Position numbers and translations under genes: made by a program. The notes beneath the pieces are model-generated. The model did no database searches. It was not told the DNA's origin and was given only the letters and a program-made list of their open reading frames with translations. Shown here piece by piece: positions 13,833 through 27,765 of a stretch of DNA of 64,000 nt. The stretch covers positions 1,444,359 through 1,508,358 of the forward strand of contig JAQGDQ010000012.1 of the NCBI GenBank assembly GCA_030141605.1, given 5' to 3'. Position 1 is the first letter of the stretch. Each line of letters begins with the position of its first letter. This stretch comes from Tubiluchus corallicola (taxonomy: Eukaryota; Animalia; Priapulida).

Positions 13833-14200
13833 TAGACATAGACATAGACATCTTTATTGGTCATATATACTACACATATACATGAAATTTATCGTTTATG
13901 CTTTGCACAGCAAAAAGCAATTAGTAAAAACAATTAGCGCAACAAATTCGCAACTGCAAATTTAATTCAACTATACGTATAAATTTAAAGGGTAAAATTG
14001 AAATAAAACTTAAAAAAGAGTTCAGAGTTTAGCCACTGTTAAATGGTTTGATTAAAGTGGGAACAAATGAAAATTTAAAGCGATTTGTTCTTGAAAAGGG
14101 TCATTTGCCGCAAGTTCACTGAGGAGACACTGTCAATAACCGTGTTATGGTTAGGTCTCTTACACTTCGCAAGCAAGCAAATATTTAAGTTTTACTTTGT
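13833..14200 (-). mobile_element. 3' end fragment of a non-LTR retrotransposon (Rex1/L2-like)
   Basis: Minus frame RTNRFKFSFVPTLIKPFNS, typical of a LINE ORF2 C-terminus, followed further along by AATAAA and a (CTATGT)n tail at 13858-13833. Confidence 0.55.
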
Positions 14201-14613
14201 GTGGGAGAAAAATGACTTGAAAAAATTGGCGTTAATAATACACGCCTTTCTTGGATTAGCCTTTTAGGTTTTGATAATAATAGTAATTCAACGTTTCTCT
14301 CCTTGTATTTTTGCGTCAAGCCTTTAAATTCAGTCAGTTATTAAGCAGGAGTTGAAATATCTACATCTACAGTAGTAACTAACATGAAACAATTGCTCCA
14401 AGACCATTGTTTCGGCGTCATCGTTTACGAAGTGCCAAAAAAGAAGCGCGTAGGAGTAAATTTTGTGTAATCTGACTGTCATATACATTATACGTGGATG
14501 AATTAATTTATGTTGTAACGTGTATAACCTGGATTAAAATGTTATGAAATAATCAAAAAGTTTATTGTTAAAGGCAAGCTGCCTTTCCAAGCCAAATTAG
14601 GCAATGTGCAGTT

Positions 14614-15867
14614 ATGGCGATTAATTTTACAGAAAACGGCAGGCAGAAGCTTTTAGCCGTTTGTGTTTTACAATGTGTTATCAATTTCATTCTTGGTATA
14701 GGCCTTTTCATAACGGGTGGATATATCAAATTACAGGTGGCAGTATATGCAAGACTTTTAAGTGAATCGGAAACAGGATTGCTATACTACTTTATCATAG
14801 GAACCGGACTTTTAACGTTTTTTAGTGGTATTTTCGGTTGGAAAATTGTGTCTGATTCAAGAATACCGGAACTCCGACAAAGTCGAAGCAAATTGTTTGT
14901 AGTCTACTTCGTAATTTGCTTTGTAGCAAACTTATTTTTAGTGGCGATTGGGGTTATGTGTTTTATACATATTAAACATCTCCATTCCGCCTTCAAGGAC
15001 GGTATCCTTGAGTCGATGAAACGTTACAAAACTGACGTTACTCTCAAAGCTGAAATAGACAGAATGCAGATGAAATATAGTTGTTGTGGCAGTCATGGTT
15101 ACGTCGACTGGTTTGATATATCTTGGATAAATGAAAAATTCCTTCGAGTTGATGCTCCGAATCTTAAAAGCAAAATGAAAACAGGGGAATATTTAAATGA
15201 TGATGTTCCTTTTAGCTGCTGTTCTCCAGAATCTGATAGGCCTTGTATTCAGCACCATGTGCACGATAATGACCGTCACTACAAATACGATTTTAGATCT
15301 AAAACAACTCTTAATAAAATTGGCTGTAAAGATGCGTTAATGCTGTATTTCGGCGATATTCTGCTAAAAAGTTGTGGCATTGCTGCATTTGTTATATTAG
15401 CGTTGCAAACTTTGTCTTTATTTACTACTCGGCTACTACATACATCTATATGTGAAGCTCTCGAAAGTGGCGATCCATGTGCACCGGGACCAGGTTATAT
15501 ATTTCGGAAAAAGAAGCCAGCAGGTGATGATCAAGAAGACCTAGGTTTTGAAGATCTAGAATCAGATTTTGCCGAAGAGGGACAGCCTCTAAACCAACCA
15601 CAATATCACCCAGATGCAAATAAGTATCAGCCAGATCCCTATCAAACGAAACACCCAACGTATAGCCACACCTATGCAGGATCAAATCAGCAAATGTATA
15701 ATCAAAACACAAATGCTAAAATGTCTCCAAATTCACTATCCAGGTCACCACAAGACAGCTTAAGAGGAAGCAATCGTTCCTTGAAAGACAATACCATGCA
15801 CGGCATTCAGTCTCCGCCATATGGTTATCCCCGGTCGATACGATCTCCAGAGGACGACTTTTTCTAA
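14614..15867 (+). CDS. Peripherin-2/ROM1-like tetraspanin, intronless CDS, 417 aa
   Basis: Four hydrophobic helices. The large extracellular loop has CCG (YSCCGSHGYVDWF), DVPFSCC..RPCIQ and GC motifs characteristic of the peripherin/RDS subfamily. Long low-complexity C-terminal tail. Confidence 0.9.
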   Translation: MAINFTENGRQKLLAVCVLQCVINFILGIGLFITGGYIKLQVAVYARLLSESETGLLYYFIIGTGLLTFFSGIFGWKIVSDSRIPELRQSRSKLFVVYFVICFVANLFLVAIGVMCFIHIKHLHSAFKDGILESMKRYKTDVTLKAEIDRMQMKYSCCGSHGYVDWFDISWINEKFLRVDAPNLKSKMKTGEYLNDDVPFSCCSPESDRPCIQHHVHDNDRHYKYDFRSKTTLNKIGCKDALMLYFGDILLKSCGIAAFVILALQTLSLFTTRLLHTSICEALESGDPCAPGPGYIFRKKKPAGDDQEDLGFEDLESDFAEEGQPLNQPQYHPDANKYQPDPYQTKHPTYSHTYAGSNQQMYNQNTNAKMSPNSLSRSPQDSLRGSNRSLKDNTMHGIQSPPYGYPRSIRSPEDDFF

Positions 15868-18169
15868 TTCATACAGTTTTAAGACTCGGATAAAATGTGT
15901 GCAAGATTTTTTTCACTCACTCACAGTACATGCTTTTTCATTGATTAGTCAGACTCTTTTGAAGAGAGTGTGCAAGAGAAAGATGGCGTCTATTAAAGCG
16001 TTGGAAGTAAATAGTTGATCCTGCACCGTAATTGTTGGTAATTTTGAAACATCTTTTGCGCATATTTTTTGGGTACCACATTCTTCAGTTTTTTTTCGTC
16101 CCCTAATTCATGTCAAATGATTGGAAACCTCTGACACTTGTCATAAGTATTCATGCTGATTTCGATTGATCTTAACGACAGGCATTATCTAGTATCCGTG
16201 TCAAAAAAGACAGTATCCTAAGATTTTTATCATCATTTCCAGTTATTTGTTAAATAGTCATTTATAGTAGTGCTACTGACATAATACCTTTGTCTCAAAA
16301 ACATTCACCGAATGAATAGTGGGTCATATAATTTATGTCTAATAATTTAGTTAGAACGTACTTAATGAAATATTCTATGATAAGCAGTAACTTTAAATTT
16401 GCGTTTGATTACATTATTAATTTATTTGTAAATAATAACAATTATTGTAACAGAGCAACTATGTAGGAGTAAAAAATGGTAAAGAAATGCAAGCAGTTTT
16501 ATTTAGTTTTATGAATTCGTGTTTTAGCCACTTTTCACACATTCATGTTATCAGTAAGGAACTGGGCCTGAAAAATGAAATAATAGCTGAGCAGTCACAG
16601 TGTCGCTTAGCAATGGATGTTAAGCAAAGCAAGGCCTGTTAATATAAATGGATGACAACTATCAAATTGTTTTTGGACAATTTCACCTATCTATCATATC
16701 ATATCATATCTATAGGCTCATATTGCCCTCAGCTACTGTATTTAGATGATTATCTTCAATATATGCACCCAACGTCCAGCATAGATAAATATCTAAGAAT
16801 TTTATTTCGTGGCTTTTGAAGTTTGCAAAAGATCTCTGCTTATTTACGCTGTGGTAGTTTCTAGTGTGATAATAAGACTGGCATTCAATCTATTCATAGT
16901 GCGACTAACTGATGAAATAAAAAAATTGTCGCTCTAAATTGCATTTTTTGTCACAATCTTATTTGCGCTTCTTTTTAACAGTAGTTCTTTCAAGAAACGA
17001 TATTCTTACGGATATTCTTAATTCTTGGTCACCAAGTATGACGCTACTGTTCTAGTACAACAAATTTATAACCGGCGACACGATGACGAAATTTTTCTTA
17101 GTTTACATTCTAGAGACTGCAGTCTTGACAGTTTCTAAGAATTTTATTCGTAGTCAGATGAGCTATTGCCAATAAAACTGTAAGTTGTGCAAGTTTTTTC
17201 ATACACTGTCTGTTGAGCGAGATTTTGTTTAATTTTATGACGTACGGACAAGTGCACAAGGCTGGTGCTGACTTTGTAAAACGTTCGCGTCTATATTTCT
17301 GCCGTATATACACATTGTTTCGTAGAGACCGCATTGAAAAAATGGCAAGAAACGCGGCAGACGACGCCAACAACGAGTAAGCTACGTCCATTTGAAACTA
17401 TACGAAAAAATGTATCTAGATCATGAGTGCAACAATCACCTATACGCTACAACAGACCTACGATGAAATTTCTATATTTGGAATAATTGATATATTTGTA
17501 CAATAATAAGGTCGTTTTCAAGTTGTAACAAAAAAACAAATACGTATGTACTACTATTAGCAACATTTTAGCACAAACAAAAATTTGTTTGTGCTAAGAT
17601 GCTATTTGTTTGGTTGCTGCAGTTACCTAACATTATCGTTTCGTTCGCAGCATCGTAGCGGTTTCAAAATTGTTGAAATAGGCTACTTCTCTGAATTTCC
17701 GTGTAAGAAAATGTAGTTCATACTTCATAGGCACATATATGATGTATCTGTGCTTTTAATTAGCATGTAGCAATACATCTTTTATTTGGCGAAGTGTTTG
17801 AGTTACGATTAGCGTAAATTTTGACGTCTTAACTAAATATTTACAGTGTTTTTTCTACAGTATTTTTGCAACCTAGTAGAGTTCAGCTCATAGTAAAGCT
17901 CAAAACACCAACGTTAAGATAGTAGAAATCAATTTAACTGGTCAAGCAAAGATGCCATTTTTCTTGAATTTTATGCGTAACCAAATAAAGTTTCACAGAT
18001 ATGACTTTCAATTGACTGTCAGCCTGCCAGACAGCCAAAATTGTTCTGCGACCTAGAACAGATGGCAGCAGTAAGACAACAGGAAGTACTACCTGCCAGT
18101 TGTCAGACTTCCTGTCCATGGGGAACACACGTGCTTTAAAACGTCTCGTAACCACGTTTATTTTTGAGA

Positions 18170-18212
<43 letters not shown>
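18170..18212. repeat. (ATT)n microsatellite
   Basis: Direct read. Confidence 0.95.
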
Positions 18213-21200
18213 GAATTCTCAGTAAACTAAAGATAATGGGAGTAAGTTTTTTCTTTCTTATTTTGGTTTTATGTTAAAACGAAAAATAATATTAAGCCTT
18301 TTGCAGCTGCACAAATAATATTATTTCTAATATTCCATGCAACTGCATATTAAACTGATCCCTGCCTCTTACGTCATCAATTATCTGGTGTTACATGGCC
18401 ATGGCATGAGTACACATTAAATAATACAAGTTTTTCTACTTTTGCACAAATATTCATTTCCTAAGCCCACTATGATATTTCTTGTCATTTTTTGGCAATA
18501 GCTTCATTATATTTTTTCTTATATTGGTTAAAACGTAATTGTCTGTCTCTTACGCCAGCAACTAATTAAAAATTGAGTTTTTAGGTTTTGTGCCAACAAA
18601 TTTTCCAGTATGGGTGTCATGTATACCTTTTTTCTTTACTCTGTACTAAACGAATTAAAGTGTGTCTGTTAAGACCTTAAATTACTCGGAATTTATTCTC
18701 AGTAACCGCCCTTTGGCACTCTGTATTAGCGGTTTGGCACTCTGGCACAAAGCAACAACTAGTATGAGTTATCCTCTCAGCACTGTTAATACTGTAAAAT
18801 GGTTAATATCTCTTTAGGTGGTCCTTGAATTTATTCTTAACCAGAACGCAGACAACTGTAGCTTTATACGTACTTTGTAATTTGTTTAAATGCGAATTTA
18901 TTGACTATTATTCCGTTAATCCGGTATTTGGGTGCGTTGACAACTCAACTCTAAAACTGTTTTTGCGACAGAGAATAGTCCAGAATATTTAACTATTCAC
19001 TTGGTTGCTTCGTTACCTATTGTTCATCAGAAATATGCCACAAAACCCACAAAGTGTGTTCTGATTAACAAACAGATACATTGTAGTCTGAAAACAAGAA
19101 CAGAATAAAAAAACGTAAATTCTCGTGTTCGATGCTCGTAAATTAGAACGCTAAAGCAGCAGTAGGGAGGAGGGGAGAAGTGATGACAAAGTCAAACTGG
19201 GCTTTTCATCGAGCTGTGGACTAAGGTCTCTGCAGCGCCCGAAGATATAGCCCGTTTGAAGAGTCCGTACGGAGTAATAACTAACAAATTCATGGCTAAG
19301 TTAGTGATAAACATCCATAAAAGACATTTATAAACAAATTTATGATTTTAGATTCATAATTATTATTATTCGCAATCATTAATGCTTTAACTGTTCACAT
19401 AAGAGACGATCATTGATGTTTATTAATGTATAGGCAAGCTCAAATACAACAATTATTTCCTTATTTACACAAAAAGCGGAATTATAGGCGTACATTGTAA
19501 TAGTTTTCGAAAAATTTGCCTAGTTATTGAAAAGAAATTTTATCGTAAGTCAGTACAAACTAAATAAATTACAAAGTATGAATGGTCACGAATCAGATCT
19601 TTAAAGCTGATAGCTCTTTACATTCTTGAGTGAGTCACATTGCTAATGAGTCACAAAAACGAAATTCAGGAAGCAGATCATTCTTTCCAGCTCACTGCCT
19701 TGCTAACCGCATGGCAACCAAGTATAATAGGCCAATTTTTTCTATAAACTAATAATTATTTACAAATAAACTTTACAATAAAAGAAGACACGCTCGACGT
19801 GGACTGGTATGCAGGATTCATGCAAATTTTGAATTTCGAAACAAACTCGACCTAACTGCAGCCTGATAATCAACCCACCCAAATTCACCGGCAGGTCAGA
19901 GATCAGCTTAAATTTTGGCATCACCATAAATCTGAAGGTCTATTTACAGAAGCGCCACCTGCGTACTTTCTATTCAATTATAATTTGTTAGCGCATAAGG
20001 CAATTACGCCACCCTTTGTACCTGGCGACAAACAAGTGTCGGCAGCTTTGACAATCCTAGGCTCTGCCGGTGTTCATGTTTGCTAATATATTGTACAGTA
20101 ATTGTGATTTTATTGCTTCATTGAGTGGACCAAGCTGGCTGAAGTTGCCCTTGATGAAACTACCGGAAATTCCGCAGGAAGATGTTCAACAAAGGGAATG
20201 GCTCTATTTTCAAAGGCGAAACACTGAAGTAGCCACATCAGATCTTTATTATGTCAGTTTGTTATGGTCCAAAGTTTGTTACGAAGTTGGCCAAAAGTAT
20301 GCACGTCCTACATGCCCTGTACATGCCTTTTTGTCTTGCCAAAAAAATCCCAATCAATCTTAATTAATTCAAAATTATAATCTTAGTTTGTGGAATGAAT
20401 GTACAATAAGTTTACATTTTTAAATAAAACTTGGATTAACGAAAAGGAATATGAGAAAGTTGTACTAAACCTGGATTTAAACCAATTCAGGGTTTTGTGA
20501 ATATGAGTTCATCATTGTCTTAACCACTATAGATCACAGAACACGGGTATTTTTATTTAACCGCTATCAAATATTTCGGCATTTAGTTACTATAGTTTAG
20601 TATTGCTAAAATATTAAAGCAATGCTTGCTTTGAGTAATTTCTAACTAAAATTTTGTGATTAGACTCGCAATCCAAAGATCCTGGTTCAAATCCAAGCTC
20701 AGTTATGCTTTCACCGCATTTCCATTTTTGTTTTTCAAAATTGCTGAGTGCATCCTATTATTGACATTAATTTGCAACCGCTGCAGCCGGTATAAATAAT
20801 AATTTTCATATAGAGTCGAAGCCTGTACATTTACAATATGTCTTATCATACAATTTTCGATACAATATAAGCAAAACACACATATAATACGATTTATATG
20901 TTAAAGGAAATAGAAAATTGTTTCAAATCATTTAAAATGTCCTGTGCGCTTCATGACAAAGGTTCTGCGGAAATTTAATAAAGGGTTAAAGTTAACATTA
21001 TAGTTATGCACTGCACAGACTAATTGATTCTGATTAATATATAGGACCAATAAAAAGACTAAATATCTTTCCATTTCGAGCGGTTGAAAAGCACTGGTGC
21101 CATTTAATGGAACACGCATAATCGTATATTGCACTTAAATCAAAATCACACATTGAGATGTAATGCGTCTCACTAAATTATAATAATTATTTCACTGAAA

Positions 21201-22472
21201 GGTTGAACGGCATTAGCCTACACTTTTTGCTCAGAAGATATTCAAAGCATAAATATCAGCTAAACAAAACTGCTGCAAAGCTAACAAACTCTTCATTTCA
21301 TCAAATTCATTGCTCTTTATTTTAACGTGAGCTTACGGAGTGATTCACTGACATAAAAATGCATACGTGTTTATATAAATTATTATAATATTTTAACAAT
21401 TATATTACATCTATTTTACAAATTTTAACATTATTCATTTTATTTCTGACGTCAGAATTTAAAAAGGTACTGCAATTTATAAACATACTATTCTAATAAT
21501 CAAAAATCCAAACGTTTGCTTTGCTGCATCTTGAAATGCTGACAATTAAGCAAAAAACTGCACCGCAATTCTATTTTATTGTTTTTATGCACTTGGAATT
21601 TATGCACTGTGCCTTATTCCTGCATCCTTGCAGACAAACACGGACAAAGTTCTTCCAGTAAATATCATTATTTCAATCAAACAGATCAAAACGAAGAATA
21701 TCTGAGTTAAAAAATAAAAATGATGCTGTTAAACAGTTGCCAGATTCCTGGCGGCAACAGTCACCTACTCACTACGACAAACTTACGATTACCGCTTGCA
21801 ATAAGTAAATATTAAATTTCTATATTTGAATAATTTATATATTTCATACAATTATAAGCTCGTCTTCAGGTTTTTACAAAAAGTAAACAGTTACTCCAAA
21901 CAAATGTTTAATTGGCTATCAACTGCAATTATCTACAGCTATGCTGCCTATGCAGATAAAAACTATGTAGAACTGCATATTTTAAGTTCTATGCCTATAA
22001 GCTATATAAGAATCTTCATTGTGCCTATCGATACAAGCACAATACCTGTTTTTTTGGCTAAGCTTTGACATATATCAGTATCAAAGTAAAAAGATGCAAA
22101 AAAAGAAAATACATGTAGGGTCTAATAATCATTTTGCCACACAGACTTACAAATATTTAGAATATTTCAACCTGGTATTGGTTAACTTTGGGGACAATGA
22201 TCAACACAAAGATATTGAACCTCAACAGAGCCTTTAACGTTTAGGTGTAAGATCATTTGCCCGCTTTGCTGTTATCAAGCTAATGACTTTTTATTGCTTT
22301 AAGCTAAACATCGGTTTTTTAGAAGCTGCCATGCAAATCGCCTTGTGCTACTGTACAATCATATTATACAAAGTTTTAAACATAGCTTTTAACTTTATTC
22401 AGCCCTGTACAAAATTAATGCCACCCGGCCTATAGATACTCATTAAATTTTACATTAATAGCACTCATAGCG

Positions 22473-22701
22473 TCATCCGTGGAGTGGATGCTGCCCGTGA
22501 ACTATAGTTGGCGCTGCAATAGCCGACGCATGAGTCACCTGGTGGCCGTGATGATCAACTGTTTGCTTTGAAATAATGTCGTCTTTCTTCTTTGACATTT
22601 TGCGTTCCTTCGCTCGTCGATTCTGAAACCATATTTTCACTTGTCGTTCTGAAAGTTGTAAAGCTTGCGCCAGCTCTGATTTTCGACGAATAGTGATGTA
22701 C
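22473..22701 (-). CDS. cad: caudal/Cdx coding exon 3 (homeodomain helices 2-3 and C-terminus)
   Basis: ttcttgtag acceptor. Translates (K)[34 protein letters not shown]...HPLHG*; YITIRRK and RRAKERK are Cdx-diagnostic. Confidence 0.97.
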
Positions 22702-23722
22702 CTACAAGAAGAACCAACAATATGTTTTAGTCCTGAGTATGACATTTTAAAAATTAACGACCTTCAATTTAACTAAGGTTTATATGCTATGAGCTATTGA
22801 TGATATTTTCGATATTTTCTGAATTGACGCTATAATAACTGACGTTTGAGTCGCCGTGTGACTATGATGATCAACTGTCATTTTTACATCCACATAGCGA
22901 CAAGAAATTACACACATGAAGCAAAATAAAACGCTAACAAGAATAAGAATTTATTTTTTAATTCAATACATTACAATAATGTATGTAATGTATGTAATCA
23001 ATATGATTAGGTCTATGTTCCATGCTTATACTAATTTGCAACAACCTACCATACCGTAATACCATAAACAGAGCTTTGAGTTTTCTTATTTCAGCTGCAG
23101 ACTTAAAGCAAAACTGGACCCAATATTAAATTATAGGTCAAAATAATCTGCTCTTTAAAATATTGAAAGGAAACATACTATTTTTAAAAAAAATGATTTA
23201 CATACATAACCTTTCACTAGTTAGACGGCCGCGTTGCACAAAAAAAACAACTGCTGTACTTCTCAATTCAGATGTGTTAGCTTGTGACGAACTGCACATG
23301 TTCAACAGCTCATGCCCGATAAATTTGAAATTTGAATTTTTATCTTAAAACTTGCCTAGTTTTAGTATTACGACACACTGAATATCTTACAGTAGTACTG
23401 TACTTCAATTTTCGCTTTCGCAAACACGTGCAACACTGGAATATTTTTGCACATAAAAATACGTTAGTTTGTGATGTCATTAATAGTTGGGCTCGCCTGT
23501 CATTAATTATAATTTTAATCTATTATTTAATTATCAGAAACGCTTTTGCAGTATTAATTGTGTTAAAATGTATACTCTTTATCGGACTTCAAAATGAGGT
23601 AGTATATGAAAAATCATCTTGTCCTCTTTCAAAAACTTCGCTTATTACTTAAGCTCACCACACTATCTCGCTCCTAAGGACAATTATGTGTAGATGCGTG
23701 ATATGTCCTCAACCTCTTTGAT

Positions 23723-23835
<113 letters not shown>

Positions 23836-23876
23836 AGTTTTTACAGTAGTTTCGAACGCTTCTTATTTGTACTTAC

Positions 23877-23961
23877 TTGCTATAGTGAAACTCCTTCTCG
23901 AGCTCCAAGCGTTGATGATCGCTGTAGACAACCCTGTATTTGTCACGAGTCCTTGTTTTAC
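23877..23961 (-). CDS. cad: caudal/Cdx coding exon 2 (linker and homeodomain helix 1)
   Basis: atgcag acceptor and AA|gtaagt donor. Translates (G)[27 protein letters not shown]. 85 nt, with phases matching exons 1 and 3. Confidence 0.97.
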
Positions 23962-25986
23962 CTGCATAGATTTGCATCGTGTTTGAATCTAAAATCACCA
24001 ACTTAGTATTTCAAAAGGCAAAACTGCCTGCACTGTCGCCTTTTTTTAAAGTTCAAAACAAGAAAAGACCACAATTTACTGCGACATAGTTGTAAAAAAA
24101 CGAAAAATATAGTGAAAAACTTTTATTGTGTTATTGTTTCTGAAAAATTTCCCAAAATATAATAATTGCGTTAAACTTCTTATCCGCAGTACAAAACATT
24201 TAAAATAGTGAACATGCATTTGAGTTAAAAGAGAAGTTTGAAGACCTTACAACGTTATAACATGAACAACTTTGCTTTGGTGTCTGTACAAAGTTAAATG
24301 GGTAGAAAAGTTATTGTAAAGAATATCCCAAAAAATTTCCACACAAAGTTATATTACTTAGCATTACGCTAAATGCTTGAAACACTTATGTAACACTTAG
24401 TAATCTAAAATGTTCGCGCAAACTTGTGATATGTCATTGGCTCACTTTCCGAGTGAGCGCCTCTGAGTCATTAAAAAAAGGGATTTCTTTCCTTACTGAT
24501 AAGGTACAGTAATTTATACTTAGTTAGTGAAAAGTGCGCTACGAATCCTCTGATTTTTTTCCAAACTTCAAACAATGTTGTCAAATTTTTTCAAACGATA
24601 TATCGTTACGGCTGCGATTCACGGTCATTACGGGAGTTTCAATTTTCACGTTTTATACAGCGTTGGTGCTAATACGAATTCTGTGCGCAATAAGAAACTA
24701 CAATGTGATATAAAAGCGGCCAAAAAATTCAAAACCAATTTTTAGCTTTATGCAAGAAAAGATTTTCTTCTGCTTTAACGAGGCGTTTATTTAATACATT
24801 GCTTACACACTTGAAATCTTATATTGCGGCTTTCACAAATGATTTTGGTTGTTTCTAGAATCTAAATGTTACCTGTAATGTAAGTCTTCCGTACGTTAGT
24901 ATAATTAGCGTCTTTGTCTTAACAAATCGATAATACAGTGTATTTGTTACAGTTGTATTTACATTTTATTTTAAGTTTTAAAATTTCGTTTTGGAGAAAA
25001 TTTTCATACAAGAGATACCGCCAACACTGCAACAAGCCAGGCACTCAAGACTTGGGACCACGCAGATCAAAATATGCAATTGGGCATTTTTCACTGATTG
25101 CTAAATGAGCCTAAATCGTATATCGATTGAATTTTTTGTTATCGGTTAGTTTAATTTTTCCTCCGCCATGTTTTCGTACCGTGGAAGAAAAAGCAAATTA
25201 TTATAGATTCCTCATCCGATTGTGCGATAAGAATTTAAAAAAGAATACCCGTAGGTTGCTCGTATGGGTCAGTTTTTGAAGTCGCTGCATGACATACAGG
25301 ATTCATTGCCAACGTTTTAATAGTGTTTCAGTTACAGTGTTTACCAGTTATCAATCACTACTGGTAAATCGATTAACACTTTCTTGCACGATCTAGGCTC
25401 GGTGTTTTGTCCTCTTTGTATAAAGGTGCACTTTACCAAAATCTTATAAGATTTAAGCTGTGAACTGTTTGAGTGCTTTTCGGCGTGCAGTGTGACGAAG
25501 CGCACAAAAAAGAGGCAAAATTATTCCGGAGTGAAGTTGAAAAAATCTCGGAATGTTCAATAAATGGCCGATTTTAAAAACTGAAAACACTGCTGCTCGG
25601 AAACAGAAATACAGTGTATCACTAGATGCAAATGCTAAGCATGATAGTTTTGCTTTATATGGGCATTTATTGAAGCTGATAGAATACGTTTTTTTCACAG
25701 AAGCAATGTTTTTTACGGCGCTTGTTCCACACAAACTAACAAAAACAATTTTTTATTGCAAGTGATTGATTAGTGATCTGGCAAATTATAGTTTTTATAA
25801 TTTATACTAAGGAGTACTTAATGGCGTTACATAGTTATAATGGATTTTATAATGAATGCCACTATACTAAAAATTCTGCCATTGCAAGTGATTTTAATTT
25901 AATTCATAAATTGTAATTAAAAATCATTTTTATTTTTAACCATGTGCTTACCATGCTAAAATTAACAATATTAAACAAACTTACTT

Positions 25987-26092
25987 ATATATATATATAT
26001 ATATATATATATACTTAAAATAATAATGATGATGATGATGATGATAATAATAATAACAATAATAATAATAATAATAACAATAATATTAATAA
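25987..26092. repeat. Compound (AT)n/(GAT)n/(AAT)n microsatellite
   Basis: Direct read. Confidence 0.9.
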
Positions 26093-27577
26093 TAAACGTA
26101 ATAATAGTAAATATTAAAATGTTTAAAGGCATGATCAGATTTTAATCTGGCAAATATTGTTGTTAAAAATAATATAAATTTAAATCAATGTTATTTTGAA
26201 ACTTATAATTTGTCAAAATAATTACTTAAGCCTACAGGCACATAACATCGCAACAAATAAAATAATATTTCTTTTTGTTATTTTGAAGATTCATGGCAGC
26301 AATTATGAAAACAAAGAATCCTAGGTATTTAAAGCACGTTTAAATTCAGGGAAGAAAAAACTACTAAATAAATAGTTTTATTCCTTATTATTATCAACAT
26401 GATTGGTAAAATTATTTATTACTATTACCAGTGGCAAGAAATTATTAGAACAAATAATGTGGAATACCGCTTATTTAAATGATACATACCGGGTTTATAT
26501 CCTTGGTGCTGACCCAAGTCATCTGAAATAAAGAAGCAAACTTGTTTATTAAAATTTAAACAACACCCTACTTCAGCAACCTACGCTACATTCACAATAT
26601 AAGGGTTCACTCATGCTTGTTTACTAAATAAAAAACAGAAATAAAACGATTCTTGCTTCAACTTAACAATCTACGATATGCTGAACAATGTTTTTCAGAC
26701 TAATATACTGAAAGTGTGCTACATGACTATGGAAACACAACTGACTATGGTGCGTGTGTGCGTGCGTGCGTGTGTGTGTATATATACTTTATATTCTAAA
26801 TATGCATGTTTAAAAGACAAATTACAGAGCTTATAACTGCATAATACAATAAATGTAACATAAAACGAATATTTGTGATAATACTATATTATAATTATTA
26901 TAACAATGTAAAGGAATTACAAAAACGCAGTAGGGTCGAAAGTATAACTGTGCACTGTAGTTCCACTTAACTGTGAAAAATACAGCGGCGCGTTCAGACT
27001 ATAATACTACTATAAATGCGGAGTACGATCTTATTAACTTCTGTAATGTAAGCTAATAAATTAAGTGTTGAAATTTTATCCAAATTTGATATAGTTTTTT
27101 ATAGGCAAATATTAATTTTTATTGAAGTGATTTTTGGAAACCCAATAAAATTAATTCCGAATGTGAAGCTAAAATTGTTGTCTTAATAACTCTGAATCTA
27201 ATAAACTAACTAAAAATTGGAAGTTGATAAAATTTTGTGATTTTACAAAGAGTTTGCCATTTCTTAAGCGAAGGAATTTTTGGAGCTCAGTCAATTTCTT
27301 CTAATCTTAAGTTGTTCAAGATTGCTTTTAAGATTAAGTTTGTAATTTTGGGTAGCTTTTGCAATTAGTGCTTGCTTTATTTAATAATAAGTTTCTTAAA
27401 TGCAAGTTTGACTTCTGGCATCTGTATTAAAAATAGTTTTAGTTGCAGTACAAAAGCTTCTAGGTCGATTATAATAGAGCTTCGTGTCATATTAACCATT
27501 TTCTCAATTCAGAACATTATCTTAGCCGATCAACAGCATTATTATCATGCTCAACCTTGCTCTGTTTGCGAGACATA

Positions 27578-27765
27578 GCCCCATAACAAAGATTTAACGC
27601 CCGCCAAAACTGAGCCATAACCCTGTGCAAACGGAGCCATAACCCTTTCATGCTTGGCCATAACCCATTCAAGCTATAATCACTTTACTGCAAAATAATG
27701 GAGAGGGTGAATGGGTCCGAATCCGTTCCCTATAAATGTGTGAATGAAGTTATGACGGTTTTCCG
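27578..27765. repeat. Short element with repeated GCCATAAC units and an inverted copy (GTTATG) at the right end
   Basis: Four ccataac units at 27580-27665 and gttatgac at ~27749; pattern typical of MITE subterminal repeats. Confidence 0.4.

Noticed and set aside
18070-18120. Hairpin ACAGGAAGT/ACTTCCTGT as a pre-miRNA
   Set aside because: Stem too short and irregular, and no known miRNA seed family recognised.
20660-20700. tRNA-like B-box GGTTCAAATCC (a similar one lies at ~37915-37930, minus strand)
   Set aside because: No acceptor stem or D-arm; at most SINE head fragments, not tRNA genes.
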